This document shows, piece by piece, positions 18,422 to 27,760 of a stretch of 64,000 bases of DNA. Each line of letters opens with the position of its first letter. Position 1 is the first letter of the stretch. The position numbers were made by a program, and so were the translations under genes. Origin of the DNA: a virus (taxonomy: Duplodnaviria > Caudoviricetes); the IMG/VR virus record IMGVR_UViG_3300042569_002957, positions 7,173 to 71,172 of that record, one strand, 5' to 3'. The notes under the pieces are model-generated. The model saw nothing but the letters and a program-made list of their open reading frames with translations. It did no database searches and was not told the origin of the DNA.

Positions 18422-19099
18422 ATGAACAGTAACGCAAAATTTACTTGGCCATCCGGAAAATCTTCAGCAATTATGTTAGCTGAATCCATAATAGATCCAG
18501 CAATATGTGATGGTCTTATCGGGGAATGTAAAAAATATTATGATTCCCTGTTTTCTCCTGGTCCAGTTTTTTCTGGCCTAATGCCATCAATTAAATTTTG
18601 TATGGACATGGATTTTATAAAAGATGAAATAGAATCGCATGGCGTCCCATCTGCTCTATTTTCTTATTACGAAGAGAATATTGTAAAATCTCTTTTTTCT
18701 GCCATAGGATACTATAGAGAGTCTTTTAGATGGTTGTGGGATTGGCCAGGTTTGTCTGACAGTTCTTTTAGGCTACAGCACTACGAAAAAAATCAAGGCT
18801 ATTATCGGGAGCATATAGATGGTGGGCCTGGACCAATCAAAGCCAAGGGCAGAATGCTCGGTGCAGTGATTTATTTAAATACAGTTGATTTAGGGGGAGA
18901 AACTTTTTTCCCTGAACATGATTTGCGAATCCCTGCGCGTCAGGGTTCGATTGCCCTATTCCCAGCGTACTGGACACATCCCCATCAAGGATGCGTTCCA
19001 GTATCTGATGACAAATGGATCATAAGCACTTTTATTCATAGGGAAGTAGAAGAAGATTACATATCGGTTACGCAAATGCCACAGGTAGTCAATGAATAA
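18422..19099 (+). CDS. 2OG-Fe(II) oxygenase (prolyl-hydroxylase-like)
   Basis: YREHID (HxD), IYLNTVDLGGETFF, WTHPH, KWIISTF. Confidence 0.9.
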   Translation: MNSNAKFTWPSGKSSAIMLAESIIDPAICDGLIGECKKYYDSLFSPGPVFSGLMPSIKFCMDMDFIKDEIESHGVPSALFSYYEENIVKSLFSAIGYYRESFRWLWDWPGLSDSSFRLQHYEKNQGYYREHIDGGPGPIKAKGRMLGAVIYLNTVDLGGETFFPEHDLRIPARQGSIALFPAYWTHPHQGCVPVSDDKWIISTFIHREVEEDYISVTQMPQVVNE

Positions 19100-19721
19100 G
19101 TTTTATGATCAATTGTCTGGTAGGACGTTAACATCACGTTCAGAACCATTCATTGTTGAAAATGTTTTTGAATCAGAATATTTTACATATTTAATTGAAG
19201 AGTTTGAAAAAATAAAACAAGAAAATATACTAACATACTCTGACTTCTTAGGTCGGTACGGGATTAGTACTATTGATCACACTAACTTAATAGAAAATCC
19301 CTTAAACGATTGTTTCGATAAAATTATCGATCTTGCAAAAGAAGTCTTCAAGAAAGATGTAAAACCAACATATGCTATGTGGGGGCTGTATCGTGGTTTT
19401 AGGGCTAATCTACCTAGGCATATAGACGACAACGCTTGTACTTATACTATAGATTTATGCTTGTCGCAAAAATACCAATGGCCGCTCTGGGTCGAAGGAA
19501 AAGAATATCACTTAGACTCGAATCAAGCTTTGTGCTATTATGGTGAAGATCAATATCATTGGAGAAATGAATTTCCTAATCCAGCCTTTAATGAAGTGCA
19601 GATGATTTTTTTTCATTTTGCGGAACCAGACCACTGGTTTTTTACTAAAGGACAAGATTACTTTGAGGAGTTAATAAGGCTGCGCCTGCAGCATGAGCAA
19701 AAGAATGGAATTAAAAGATGA
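19092..19721 (+). CDS. 2OG-Fe(II) oxygenase-like protein
   Basis: LPRHIDD..CTYTIDLCL...WPL...YYGEDQYHWR: HxD...H triad. Confidence 0.75.
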   Translation: MNKFYDQLSGRTLTSRSEPFIVENVFESEYFTYLIEEFEKIKQENILTYSDFLGRYGISTIDHTNLIENPLNDCFDKIIDLAKEVFKKDVKPTYAMWGLYRGFRANLPRHIDDNACTYTIDLCLSQKYQWPLWVEGKEYHLDSNQALCYYGEDQYHWRNEFPNPAFNEVQMIFFHFAEPDHWFFTKGQDYFEELIRLRLQHEQKNGIKR

Positions 19722-20005
19722 AATCATTTGCTAAAAAAATTATTAATGCCATTAAGACGATGAGCTCTAAGGCCTATTGGAGTAAAGTAAATGTCGTAGA
19801 GGCGTGGGGATTCGCAACAAAGATTGGAATTATATTTCCGGGACTCTTGTTTGGCTATCAGTGGTGGTGGCTGTATATATTCGCCATCATATCAAGTCTA
19901 TCTTTAATCTGGACATCAACGGAGAAGACTCTACCCACTATTATAATATTCAATGTACTGTGGGTTGTACTCGCTAGTCTATCAATAGCTAAGCATTTTA
20001 TTTAA
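19718..20005 (+). CDS. Small membrane protein
   Basis: Three hydrophobic segments. Confidence 0.65.
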   Translation: MKSFAKKIINAIKTMSSKAYWSKVNVVEAWGFATKIGIIFPGLLFGYQWWWLYIFAIISSLSLIWTSTEKTLPTIIIFNVLWVVLASLSIAKHFI

Positions 20006-20065
20006 TTCCAGATTTGCAACTTTTTGCCAAAACGAATTTGGCCCTCAAAATTTTTTTTCAAATTC

Positions 20066-20084
20066 ACCCTATATAGGGTTTTTT
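20066..20084 (+). terminator. Palindrome plus T-tract at the convergent strand switch
   Basis: ACCCTATATAGGGT, a perfect 14-nt palindrome, followed by TTTTT. Confidence 0.4.
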
Positions 20085-20089
20085 AATTA

Positions 20090-20359
20090 TTACCCAATAT
20101 TGAATTGATAATCACCGTCGGGAGGGAATATCTTGCTTAAGTCTATTTTTCTCCACATAGATGGAGAATGTGACTCTTCTATAGCCTCAGCGTGTTCGGG
20201 GCTCTCATAGAGGCGTATAATGTGGATACAGGGGTCATCTCCACCCCATATCATCTCTGACTCATCCTCTGTAAGGGGTAGGCTATCGTGGGTGTCACAA
20301 ATCGCCGGACCACACCATCTATTATTGATACCTATTTGCAGCCATTCATTAAATGTCAT
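20090..20359 (-). CDS. Hypothetical protein
   Basis: ATGA overlap with upstream gene; CGPAICDTHD..P motif. Confidence 0.6.
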   Translation of the reverse strand: MTFNEWLQIGINNRWCGPAICDTHDSLPLTEDESEMIWGGDDPCIHIIRLYESPEHAEAIEESHSPSMWRKIDLSKIFPPDGDYQFNIG

Positions 20360-20709
20360 TTGTTTAAATCCTCTACTTTGTATTTGATATCCACTATTAT
20401 ACCATCTGTAAACTTCGCAAAGTAATTAATAAAGTATCTATTTCCACTAGCTAAGACAGCTGAAGAATAGAAGTGTAAGATTCCATGAAATTCAGTATCC
20501 TTGTATGCGGACAATTCAAGATCGCGCTTGCCAGACCAAGTACCTTCTCGGTACAATAGTTTACCTACACTAGATATCAAATAGCTATCCAGCATGCAGT
20601 GCATATCTTTAGTTTGGAACTCATGTCCCGGGAAGAACAAGACTTCCTGGTCTTCCAATAAGATCTCTGGAAGATCATATTCAACATATACTGAATCAAA
20701 CATTCCCAT
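20356..20709 (-). CDS. Hypothetical protein (MGMFD...FQTKD type)
   Basis: Typical phage ORF; operon packing. Confidence 0.65.
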   Translation of the reverse strand: MGMFDSVYVEYDLPEILLEDQEVLFFPGHEFQTKDMHCMLDSYLISSVGKLLYREGTWSGKRDLELSAYKDTEFHGILHFYSSAVLASGNRYFINYFAKFTDGIIVDIKYKVEDLNK

Positions 20710-20865
20710 TGGGGCCCCGATCTAAGGTCTATATTAAAAAAACTCTTTTTTGTATGAACGATAAAAAAATTAATCTCTACCAAAAAATATCCAAGGAATA
20801 AAGATTACCATTGTTGCCAAGAATACGCCAAATATAAAATCACCCATTATTTATCCTCACTTTTA

Positions 20866-21369
20866 TTATCTGTTGTACGGAGTCGATTTCCAAGTCTCAG
20901 GTCCACCAGCATTTGATGCCGCCAAACTTTCCCAACGGGCGTGATTCTCAGGGCATTCTTTTCTTGTTTGGTCTGGGCAATTGCCATTTATGTCATAGGC
21001 TAAGAAAAAACCTTGACCGTCCATAGGATTTTGTCCATCTTGTCTGCTTCCATCATCATTAAGAAGATGTCCCCATCCGTCTGTGTGGCACCCTGCTATC
21101 AAATTCACTTTTAACTGAAATTCTTCGGCACTTAACGGAGGAATGCCAAGAAGGCCATCATGAAATTGAATTAACCAAGTCAAGTCTTCTGACTTAAAAT
21201 TCCAATCGTATTTGTGGATGATATCTATTTGCCAGTCTGCTAATGCCCATTTGCCGCATGCGGTTCCATCCATATCACCACCACCACCGTATAGTCGTAC
21301 GTATCCAGAACCGCAATCTGAGCGGTGGTAGACAAGTCCATCACCATGTTTTTCTGATGTAATTTTCAT
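20866..21369 (-). CDS. Hypothetical protein
   Basis: 167-aa ORF with GGAGG RBS. Confidence 0.65.
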   Translation of the reverse strand: MKITSEKHGDGLVYHRSDCGSGYVRLYGGGGDMDGTACGKWALADWQIDIIHKYDWNFKSEDLTWLIQFHDGLLGIPPLSAEEFQLKVNLIAGCHTDGWGHLLNDDGSRQDGQNPMDGQGFFLAYDINGNCPDQTRKECPENHARWESLAASNAGGPETWKSTPYNR

Positions 21370-21485
21370 AATTTATCCTCCGGGTCATTAGGGAAAAATT
21401 TAGATATAAATTTAATGACAAGCCAGCTGGCTAGCATTATTTCCATACCTGTAAATAGTCCTCTAAAAAATTCTGAATGCATGAA

Positions 21486-21812
21486 TTATATTATATCATT
21501 ATTTTGTTTAAGTTGACGAGCTTTGCGGGAACGAGCTACATACTTTGGGGGTAATGCATATCCAAGTTTTTCTCTGTCCATTTCAGATTCTCCACCCCAG
21601 ACTCCATACTCTCCATTGCTTCGAGCATAGTCTCTGCACTCTATCTTAACTGGACACTGTGCACAAATGAGCTTTGCCTCAGTCTCTCTTTTTTTGCGGG
21701 CCTGAGGTCTTTCTGACAATGGAGGGAAAAACAAAGAGCTTTTATTTTTACATATCGCTTTGTCCATCCAAGTCAAAATAACTGGATGAATGGTGGAATC
21801 TGTAGTTGACAT
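21486..21812 (-). CDS. whiB: WhiB-family (Wbl) Fe-S transcriptional regulator
   Basis: W...AIC...LFFP...AKLICAQCPVKIECRDYA...YGVWGG.SE.DR: four Cys plus the GVWGG turn. Confidence 0.92.
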   Translation of the reverse strand: MSTTDSTIHPVILTWMDKAICKNKSSLFFPPLSERPQARKKRETEAKLICAQCPVKIECRDYARSNGEYGVWGGESEMDREKLGYALPPKYVARSRKARQLKQNNDII

Positions 21813-21933
21813 AATGAACACCTTCTAAGTCGTCAGGATATTGAGTGGCGTAGAGCGCAATTGTATCTGCTTCTTCTGCACTTTGCGCTTCTACGCACAC
21901 CATTCTTGTTACTTCTATGTAATATTTTTCCAA
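21748..21933 (-). CDS. Small hypothetical protein overlapping whiB start
   Basis: TTG start with AAGGAAGG RBS; YYIEVTRMVCVEAQSAEEA pattern. Confidence 0.5.
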   Translation of the reverse strand: MEKYYIEVTRMVCVEAQSAEEADTIALYATQYPDDLEGVHYVNYRFHHSSSYFDLDGQSDM

Positions 21934-21989
21934 GGTACACCTTCCTTAATTTAAGGATTCAATGAAGATAGTAACCCTGAGAAATGATA

Positions 21990-22331
21990 TTAGATAAGGG
22001 TAACCCAAAGATCAAACATCTTTGTTGCTTCATTGAAGAGTGAAGATGTTGAAAGGGTCAAATTGTCTTTCAATGCCCGGCTGCACAAGGATGAACGAAG
22101 TGAAGCGAGCTGCTGCTTCGATGTTATCGGAATATTAACATGGAACCATTCATTACGGTTGGTGATGAGCTCATTGTAAATATTGGTAATAACAGGGTTA
22201 CGACGGCGACCTTTACCACTATTCATGGGAGGTTCACCCTTAATGCGAGTGAGAAGCTTTGTTGGCTCTGCAAGAGCATACTTCCTCGGATTGGACTGGA
22301 TCAAGGTCTCAACGCTGGGTTGAATGGCCAT
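21990..22331 (-). CDS. Hypothetical protein
   Basis: AGGAG RBS; 113 aa. Confidence 0.65.
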   Translation of the reverse strand: MAIQPSVETLIQSNPRKYALAEPTKLLTRIKGEPPMNSGKGRRRNPVITNIYNELITNRNEWFHVNIPITSKQQLASLRSSLCSRALKDNLTLSTSSLFNEATKMFDLWVTLI

Positions 22332-22388
22332 AGTAATTTCTCCTTATAGGTGGATTTTATCTATATATTTGTTTGTACAATAAAGTAA

Positions 22389-22568
22389 TTACATATTTTT
22401 AATATGATTAATTAATTCATTTAAAAGAACTTTAATGTCTGAAATATCTGCACATATTTGTGCAAGACTTGCAGTCTGGGAAGAAGATTTTATAGCTTCG
22501 CTTTTAAGGCGCATTTCTTCATTTGCAATTTTGGCATTTTGAATACCAATGTCATTCCATGTACTCAT
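22389..22568 (-). CDS. Small hypothetical protein (59 aa, not in ORF track)
   Basis: AGGAG RBS; MSTWNDIG...; fills the gap. Confidence 0.5.
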   Translation of the reverse strand: MSTWNDIGIQNAKIANEEMRLKSEAIKSSSQTASLAQICADISDIKVLLNELINHIKNM

Positions 22569-22577
22569 GATATGCTC

Positions 22578-22778
22578 CTAAGTTTTTTTGATAGCTTCAG
22601 CGTATAACTCATTATACTGCTTAGCAAGTTTGTTTATTTCATTTTGAGGCGCATTGCCTTCAACGGCCATAGCTAAACGAGAACCGAGTACGGCAATATT
22701 TTGCCATTTCATAATTAAATAATCTGCAGTGACAATTCTTGGCTTTTCATATTTAGTAGAATATTTGCCATAAGCCAT
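22578..22778 (-). CDS. Hypothetical protein
   Basis: Operon packing. Confidence 0.6.
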   Translation of the reverse strand: MAYGKYSTKYEKPRIVTADYLIMKWQNIAVLGSRLAMAVEGNAPQNEINKLAKQYNELYAEAIKKT

Positions 22779-22997
22779 TTAGTTGTCCTTAAATTTTTCT
22801 TTATAGAACATAAACATTTCATGTTCAACTTGTTCAGGAGCAACCATAGTGCCACTAAGATCGTTGTACCACATTCTGAAATATTCTTCAGCTACAATTC
22901 TCCAACGCTTAGCTTCTCTTTCCCAATATTTTACATCTTCTTGGGCGCGGGAAACTGAAACTTGTAAATCTTGAATGATAGAATAAGACTCATTCAT
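22779..22997 (-). CDS. Hypothetical coiled-coil protein
   Basis: Operon packing, RBS. Confidence 0.6.
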   Translation of the reverse strand: MNESYSIIQDLQVSVSRAQEDVKYWEREAKRWRIVAEEYFRMWYNDLSGTMVAPEQVEHEMFMFYKEKFKDN

Positions 22998-23094
22998 TAC
23001 CTATCCTTGCCTAAAAAATGTTTAATAACAAGAACATTAGCGAGTATTATAGTTGTTGCAAAAAAGAATCCTGTAAAAAAGTTCATGTTAACTC

Positions 23095-23277
23095 CTAGTC
23101 TGAATAATAAGTGCGATATTTTGCGTCTTCCCGAACAGTACATGGGCGACACCAAGGCTTATAATCTTGGCCAAACTTTTCTTTACATCTCTCGTATTCA
23201 ACAATAGATATTTGCAGGACTGTTTTGCAATTACTAAAACGCTTACATTCGAGTTCTATAAATTCATCATGTTCCAT
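23095..23277 (-). CDS. Small Cys-containing hypothetical protein
   Basis: CKRFSNC...CRPC. Confidence 0.55.
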   Translation of the reverse strand: MEHDEFIELECKRFSNCKTVLQISIVEYERCKEKFGQDYKPWCRPCTVREDAKYRTYYSD

Positions 23278-23506
23278 TAAAAGCCTCCAGATAAGAATTC
23301 ATAGCAGGGATGCATTTTTCTCGATACTGGCGGGGCATGTCTATTCTGGCCATAGCCATATAAAGATCATGAGCTACTTTTTTAAATAAATCACGTTCTT
23401 TAATTAACGCATCACGTTCATCGAGAAGAGTGTAAACGACATCTTCTACGGAAGAAATTGAATCTTCTTGGTCAGGTTCTTCGAATGGCTCACGAAACAT
23501 AATCAC
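23267..23506 (-). CDS. Hypothetical protein
   Basis: AGGAG RBS. Confidence 0.6.
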   Translation of the reverse strand: MIMFREPFEEPDQEDSISSVEDVVYTLLDERDALIKERDLFKKVAHDLYMAMARIDMPRQYREKCIPAMNSYLEAFNGT

Positions 23507-23525
23507 TCCTTAAAATAGTCTTGCG

Positions 23526-23864
23526 TCAGTCTAGACAAGGTATTGCTAATCCTTCTTTGACGAGAGCATCATTTAATGAGTCACCACTAGAGCTAATCGC
23601 TATAATCAAAGGGTAACGATACTTAGGTTTATAATGAATTTGTATAGTATATTCCAAATTGTGAGAATACCAATCTTCAATAAATTTACGGGCGGCTTGA
23701 CCAATAGCTTTTTCTTCTAAGTTCATGCCATAGGCAGAAAGTATCATTATACCATAATACTTAACGTAATAAGTATGGTTACTACCTCTTCTACCATCGT
23801 AATAAGGTAGGGGTTGTGGCGAATCATTTTTGCTAAAGTCTCTTGGACGAGGTAACATAATCAC
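23526..23864 (-). CDS. Staphylococcal nuclease (SNase)-like protein, degenerate
   Basis: G..ARKFI...KYRYPL...SLNDALVKEGLA matches the SNase C-terminal pattern; catalytic residues are not evident. Confidence 0.45.
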   Translation of the reverse strand: MIMLPRPRDFSKNDSPQPLPYYDGRRGSNHTYYVKYYGIMILSAYGMNLEEKAIGQAARKFIEDWYSHNLEYTIQIHYKPKYRYPLIIAISSSGDSLNDALVKEGLAIPCLD

Positions 23865-23873
23865 TCCTATGTA

Positions 23874-24152
23874 TTATACTGGAGATGATTCTACCAGGCG
23901 TATGGACACCGTGCAATCATATCTCTTGGATTGATCATAGGGAGCTCTCCATTTAGCTTCCCAGACTTCACCTGGACGAATGCCAGCAATATCTAATGAT
24001 TCTGGTCTTTTATGCGCACAGCGGATATCTGAGGCTAATTGACGAGCAGTACGCATGCTATAAGTTCTGGATATGGTAATCCAGCCTCCAGCATTCCTAG
24101 CTTCACTTAAAGTGCGAGACCAGAACGAACCAGTTTTGGGACGATTTCTCAT
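23874..24152 (-). CDS. Hypothetical protein
   Basis: GAGG RBS. Confidence 0.6.
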   Translation of the reverse strand: MRNRPKTGSFWSRTLSEARNAGGWITISRTYSMRTARQLASDIRCAHKRPESLDIAGIRPGEVWEAKWRAPYDQSKRYDCTVSIRLVESSPV

Positions 24153-24153
24153 T

Positions 24154-24438
24154 TTAAATCCTCATATACTTATAGATAGTTACTCTAGTTATGGGCAATA
24201 CTCTAGCGACCGTATTAACAGAATCTCTTAAAAGAAAAAGATTATGGGAATCTAAAATCTTAACTATTTCTGCACATTCAGTATTGGATAACATGTGAGA
24301 AGGAGAATTATAAAGTTTACATATTTGAATGGCAATTCTTTCAAGAGCACCATCTAAGCCCAATAAAAGATTAGAATCTACAATATCTTTAATTGCATGT
24401 TCATTTACAATCTTCGCAGTTACCTGCATAATGATCAT
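24154..24438 (-). CDS. HTH protein resembling the YheO/DauR C-terminal HTH
   Basis: LFLLRDSVNTVARVLPITRVTIYKYM. Confidence 0.55.
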   Translation of the reverse strand: MIIMQVTAKIVNEHAIKDIVDSNLLLGLDGALERIAIQICKLYNSPSHMLSNTECAEIVKILDSHNLFLLRDSVNTVARVLPITRVTIYKYMRI

Positions 24439-24646
24439 TCCAAATCTGTAAAACTTCCTGAGCGTATTCTAAATCATCACTAGTATGTTTTCCGGACATG
24501 ATAATTTTGAGAGATTCCACTAGGCAATTGCCAACTAAAACTGTATCGTCATTAAGATCAGACAAATATTTAATATTATTTTCAAGTGTTATAACTTGCT
24601 GTTGAAGAGCGTTAATCATCGCTTGCTTCATAGCAAGGTAATCCAT
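24401..24646 (-). CDS. Hypothetical coiled-coil protein
   Basis: Operon packing. Confidence 0.55.
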   Translation of the reverse strand: MDYLAMKQAMINALQQQVITLENNIKYLSDLNDDTVLVGNCLVESLKIIMSGKHTSDDLEYAQEVLQIWNDHYAGNCEDCK

Positions 24647-24756
24647 CAGTAATCTTTAACTTTACGATAGATAGCTCTGGCGACAGTAGCTACAGCCACA
24701 CAGGCAAGTGATATATATATGATTACCGGCATGTCCTTAAAAGACTTTCTCTTCAT
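24646..24756 (-). CDS. Small membrane peptide (36 aa)
   Basis: GGAGG RBS before MKRKSFK; one TM segment. Confidence 0.5.
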   Translation of the reverse strand: MKRKSFKDMPVIIYISLACVAVATVARAIYRKVKDY

Positions 24757-25015
24757 TTTGTTCCTCCAAATGGATTCTTTCGAGCCAGCGAAAGCGGGCA
24801 TCTGATGTATACTTATGATCATAACGACTAATGGGCCATTGATCCTTGGCAATAAGGGCTACAACAGCTTCTTCTGTTCCACAGTCTGAGCAAATCTCTT
24901 CGTCAACTATACGGGACATTGCACCCATGTATCTTCCGGGAGTAGTATTATTAGGAATATATCCAAAACATCTTGGACAAACAGGTTGATTTAACATATT
25001 TGAAAACCTCCGCAA
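24737..25015 (-). CDS. Zinc-finger-like hypothetical protein
   Basis: CPRC...ALSR-like AMSR...ICSDCG. Confidence 0.6.
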   Translation of the reverse strand: MRRFSNMLNQPVCPRCFGYIPNNTTPGRYMGAMSRIVDEEICSDCGTEEAVVALIAKDQWPISRYDHKYTSDARFRWLERIHLEEQNEEKVF

Positions 25016-25518
25016 TCAATTAAAAACTCCGCAAAGTTTTGTATGTTCTCTAAATTAATATGATAACTTTTATTCCAATTAGGTTGAATGCCAGATCCCT
25101 TACACGTATGACAATCAGGGTTGGGATCTACCTTTTCAGTGTCAGGTAGTTGCATTACTTTAGTTGAAGTAATTTGAAAAGAATCCAAAAGATCTTGAAG
25201 TACTGCTATATTACTCTGAGGAGTCTTAGTGCAGAAACATGGTGGATCATCGAGTGCATTTATTTCACAATAATATTCAGTAATATATATTTCAGCTGAA
25301 CCATCCTGAACTGAATCCCGAACGGCGAAACCAAGCTTACGAGAATCTACTGCATCTAATCCATCACCAGAATTATCGTGACCGCTTTCCACTTTACTAG
25401 TTAGTTCCGGGGAAAGCTGACAACAGTAATCCCATAAAGGATGCCAGTACCAAACATTATTGCGGAAATAGGCGCCTTTTTCTGTCTTAGGCTTTAAGCC
25501 ATAAACATCCATTCCCAT
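24991..25518 (-). CDS. Hypothetical protein with CxxCxGxG motif
   Basis: MGMDVYG...YFRNNVWYWHPLW; CHTCKGSG; GGAGG RBS. Confidence 0.7.
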   Translation of the reverse strand: MGMDVYGLKPKTEKGAYFRNNVWYWHPLWDYCCQLSPELTSKVESGHDNSGDGLDAVDSRKLGFAVRDSVQDGSAEIYITEYYCEINALDDPPCFCTKTPQSNIAVLQDLLDSFQITSTKVMQLPDTEKVDPNPDCHTCKGSGIQPNWNKSYHINLENIQNFAEFLIDCGGFQIC

Positions 25519-25539
25519 GGTAACCTCCTAAGTTATGTG

Positions 25540-25612
25540 CTCCGAGAGCAGGGCTCGAACCTGCGACCCGCTGATTAACAGTCAGCTGCTCTGCCAGCTG
25601 AGCTATCTCGGA
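25540..25612 (-). tRNA. tRNA-Asn(GTT)
   Basis: TCCGAGA acceptor, CTGAC-TGTTAA-TCAG anticodon arm, GGTTCGAG T-loop; no encoded CCA. Confidence 0.95.
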
Positions 25613-25769
25613 ATGAATTTATGGAAAAGTAATTCTCTTCCTAGTTGCGTAAAAGATTATAAGAGAAATAATCATTTCACAAAGCTTCAATAACTGTTGA
25701 AACTCTTTAATGCCCTTCATCATTTTTTTTAAGAATAATTTAAAGTTTGATGAAAAAGCGTTTTTCATT

Positions 25770-26066
25770 TTAATCCTTTGATTCTAAATAATTTGGCGTT
25801 CTATTAGAGATGTCATAGAATACAGCGATTCCTTTGGAAGTGATTTCCCAAGAGTTATCGTCATAGCACTCTATAAGATTATGAAGTTTTAAGGATAAAA
25901 TTGATCTTTGAATAGATCTTTCAGTTTTATATTTAGAAGGATTCATGTGTTGAAGATCAATAAATTTAATTTTTCTAGCATAAAATTTTGAAAATTCTAA
26001 TATACAATAAGTGGTAGAGTTTTTTTTAATTTTGATTTGTGGATATCTGGTTACGTATTGTGTCAT
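25770..26066 (-). CDS. Winged-helix-like hypothetical protein
   Basis: SIQRSILSLKLHNLI...WEITSKG. Confidence 0.5.
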   Translation of the reverse strand: MTQYVTRYPQIKIKKNSTTYCILEFSKFYARKIKFIDLQHMNPSKYKTERSIQRSILSLKLHNLIECYDDNSWEITSKGIAVFYDISNRTPNYLESKD

Positions 26067-26464
26067 TTTATTCTCTCATATAATTTTACGCTAACCATGT
26101 TTGGAGTACAGCGATGAGTGGGAATATCAGAAATAGGTATTTCTAATTTTAATACATGACCACAGTTAGAGCACTTCCATGTAGACCCATTCTTGGTCTG
26201 ATCAAGAAGATCTTTGTAATTAGATGGCTTAGGGTGAAGTGCAGTATATACTTTGGCAGGAGTTAATGTAAAATCAGAAAAAGCAATTGAATCATTCTTA
26301 ATATCTGATTGAACTAAAGGAGCAGGTAAGGAAGCAGGTACACTCTTAGGTAAGGGGAGGTCTTGCGCTTTTAGACACTTAGGACACAAGAGCGGCTTAC
26401 GACCACGAACTCTTTCTCTTTTCCATTCTTTAGAACAAACCGTACAAGTTAGAGTTTCGTTCAT
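26063..26464 (-). CDS. Double zinc-ribbon protein
   Basis: CTVC..GRKPLLCPKC and WKCSNCG...HRC. Start moved to MNETLTC. Confidence 0.65.
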   Translation of the reverse strand: MNETLTCTVCSKEWKRERVRGRKPLLCPKCLKAQDLPLPKSVPASLPAPLVQSDIKNDSIAFSDFTLTPAKVYTALHPKPSNYKDLLDQTKNGSTWKCSNCGHVLKLEIPISDIPTHRCTPNMVSVKLYERIK

Positions 26465-26477
26465 AAAAGTTCTTTCG

Positions 26478-26810
26478 TTAAATAGTAATATTAATTCTCT
26501 GCTTGGATATAACCATAGCTTTAGGTATGTTAATAACGCAACAGAAAAATCCATCTGCAGTAATAGTAGAAGCTATAGTATAATATTGCTTCTTACCATT
26601 ATTTGCAATTAGATAACCAATGGTCTCACAAAGATAATCTTCCCTATCGACAGTCGAAGTATCATGCCACTCATCCATTTCTGAAAAAGCATCGCGCCAA
26701 ACAATCTTGTAGACCTTATGCTTGTGAGGCACAGGTGCCTTAACAGCAGGCTTTTTGGGTATTACTTGAAGTTCTTGGGAAACTATTTCACTAGGCTTTT
26801 GTTCAGACAT
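26478..26810 (-). CDS. Hypothetical phage protein (W.DA...W...C.TIGYL type)
   Basis: AGGAG RBS. Confidence 0.65.
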   Translation of the reverse strand: MSEQKPSEIVSQELQVIPKKPAVKAPVPHKHKVYKIVWRDAFSEMDEWHDTSTVDREDYLCETIGYLIANNGKKQYYTIASTITADGFFCCVINIPKAMVISKQRINITI

Positions 26811-27045
26811 TATATCTCCTGGTATTTATAGTATTGTATAAGTATACCATAAGATTCAGAGATTTGTCAGAATATCATGACTAATATAATAAGAAGTTCC
26901 AAAGACTTCAGAGGCAATGGAATGAATCTGCTGAGAGGTAGTAGCTGTATAGACGTAAGAATTATTGGAAGAGTAACGCTTATTGAGCGGAAAATTTTTA
27001 ACTTTACTATTGTTTTGATATTTTTTCTTCATAAGAATAAAGATT

Positions 27046-27303
27046 CTACAAAGAAAAGTGTTCAATAGGAAGAAAACTTTCAATATTAAACTTATCAGAA
27101 GAGTAAACATCTCTGATATTTTTATTAAAGTATTGCCCTACAGAAGGGGCAGCAATGAGTTTAGAGTAATCCTTTTTAGGGACATTATAATATATCCAAA
27201 AAGAACCACTCTTAAAGTGTACCATAAGATTTTTATTAATGGAATTCCAACCTATAGTTTTAATGAAGGAACTATCAAAGTCGCTAGAAGCGTAAATAGT
27301 CAT
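27046..27303 (-). CDS. KTSC-domain protein
   Basis: DSSFIKTIGW...LMVHFKSG...YYNVP...L..APSVGQYFNKNIR. Confidence 0.85.
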   Translation of the reverse strand: MTIYASSDFDSSFIKTIGWNSINKNLMVHFKSGSFWIYYNVPKKDYSKLIAAPSVGQYFNKNIRDVYSSDKFNIESFLPIEHFSL

Positions 27304-27312
27304 GTAATAATC

Positions 27313-27759
27313 CTAGGGAAACTGGTAAAGGTTCTTAGTTAAACTATCAATAAAAAGAACTCTTTGATGGATAGTAAAGTCTTCAGATTGATCTTCTCGA
27401 ACCTGATAACACATACCATTGGACCAGTACATGCCTTCTACTACATATCCGGCTTTGCGTTTAATAGTGTAATAATTTGAATAAGATCCGTCTTCAAGTA
27501 AAATGAATCTAAATCTATTGATAGATATCGGACTAGAAAAGGCATTACCAGATGAGTCTTTGACTTTGCCGTAAAACATGCAAAAGTTATTGCACATTAT
27601 ATCGAACTCATCTAACGAATAAATATCAGGAGCAGAATACCTATACTGTAAATAATTTTCTATATAGTATTCTTGTAAAAAAAAGTATGAATCACTCTCA
27701 TCTAATGTTGAATCTAAATAATGAATATTACTTAGAATATGAAAAAGAGATGTGTTCAT
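27313..27759 (-). CDS. Hypothetical protein
   Basis: 148-aa ORF in operon. Confidence 0.6.
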   Translation of the reverse strand: MNTSLFHILSNIHYLDSTLDESDSYFFLQEYYIENYLQYRYSAPDIYSLDEFDIMCNNFCMFYGKVKDSSGNAFSSPISINRFRFILLEDGSYSNYYTIKRKAGYVVEGMYWSNGMCYQVREDQSEDFTIHQRVLFIDSLTKNLYQFP

Positions 27760-27760
27760 G

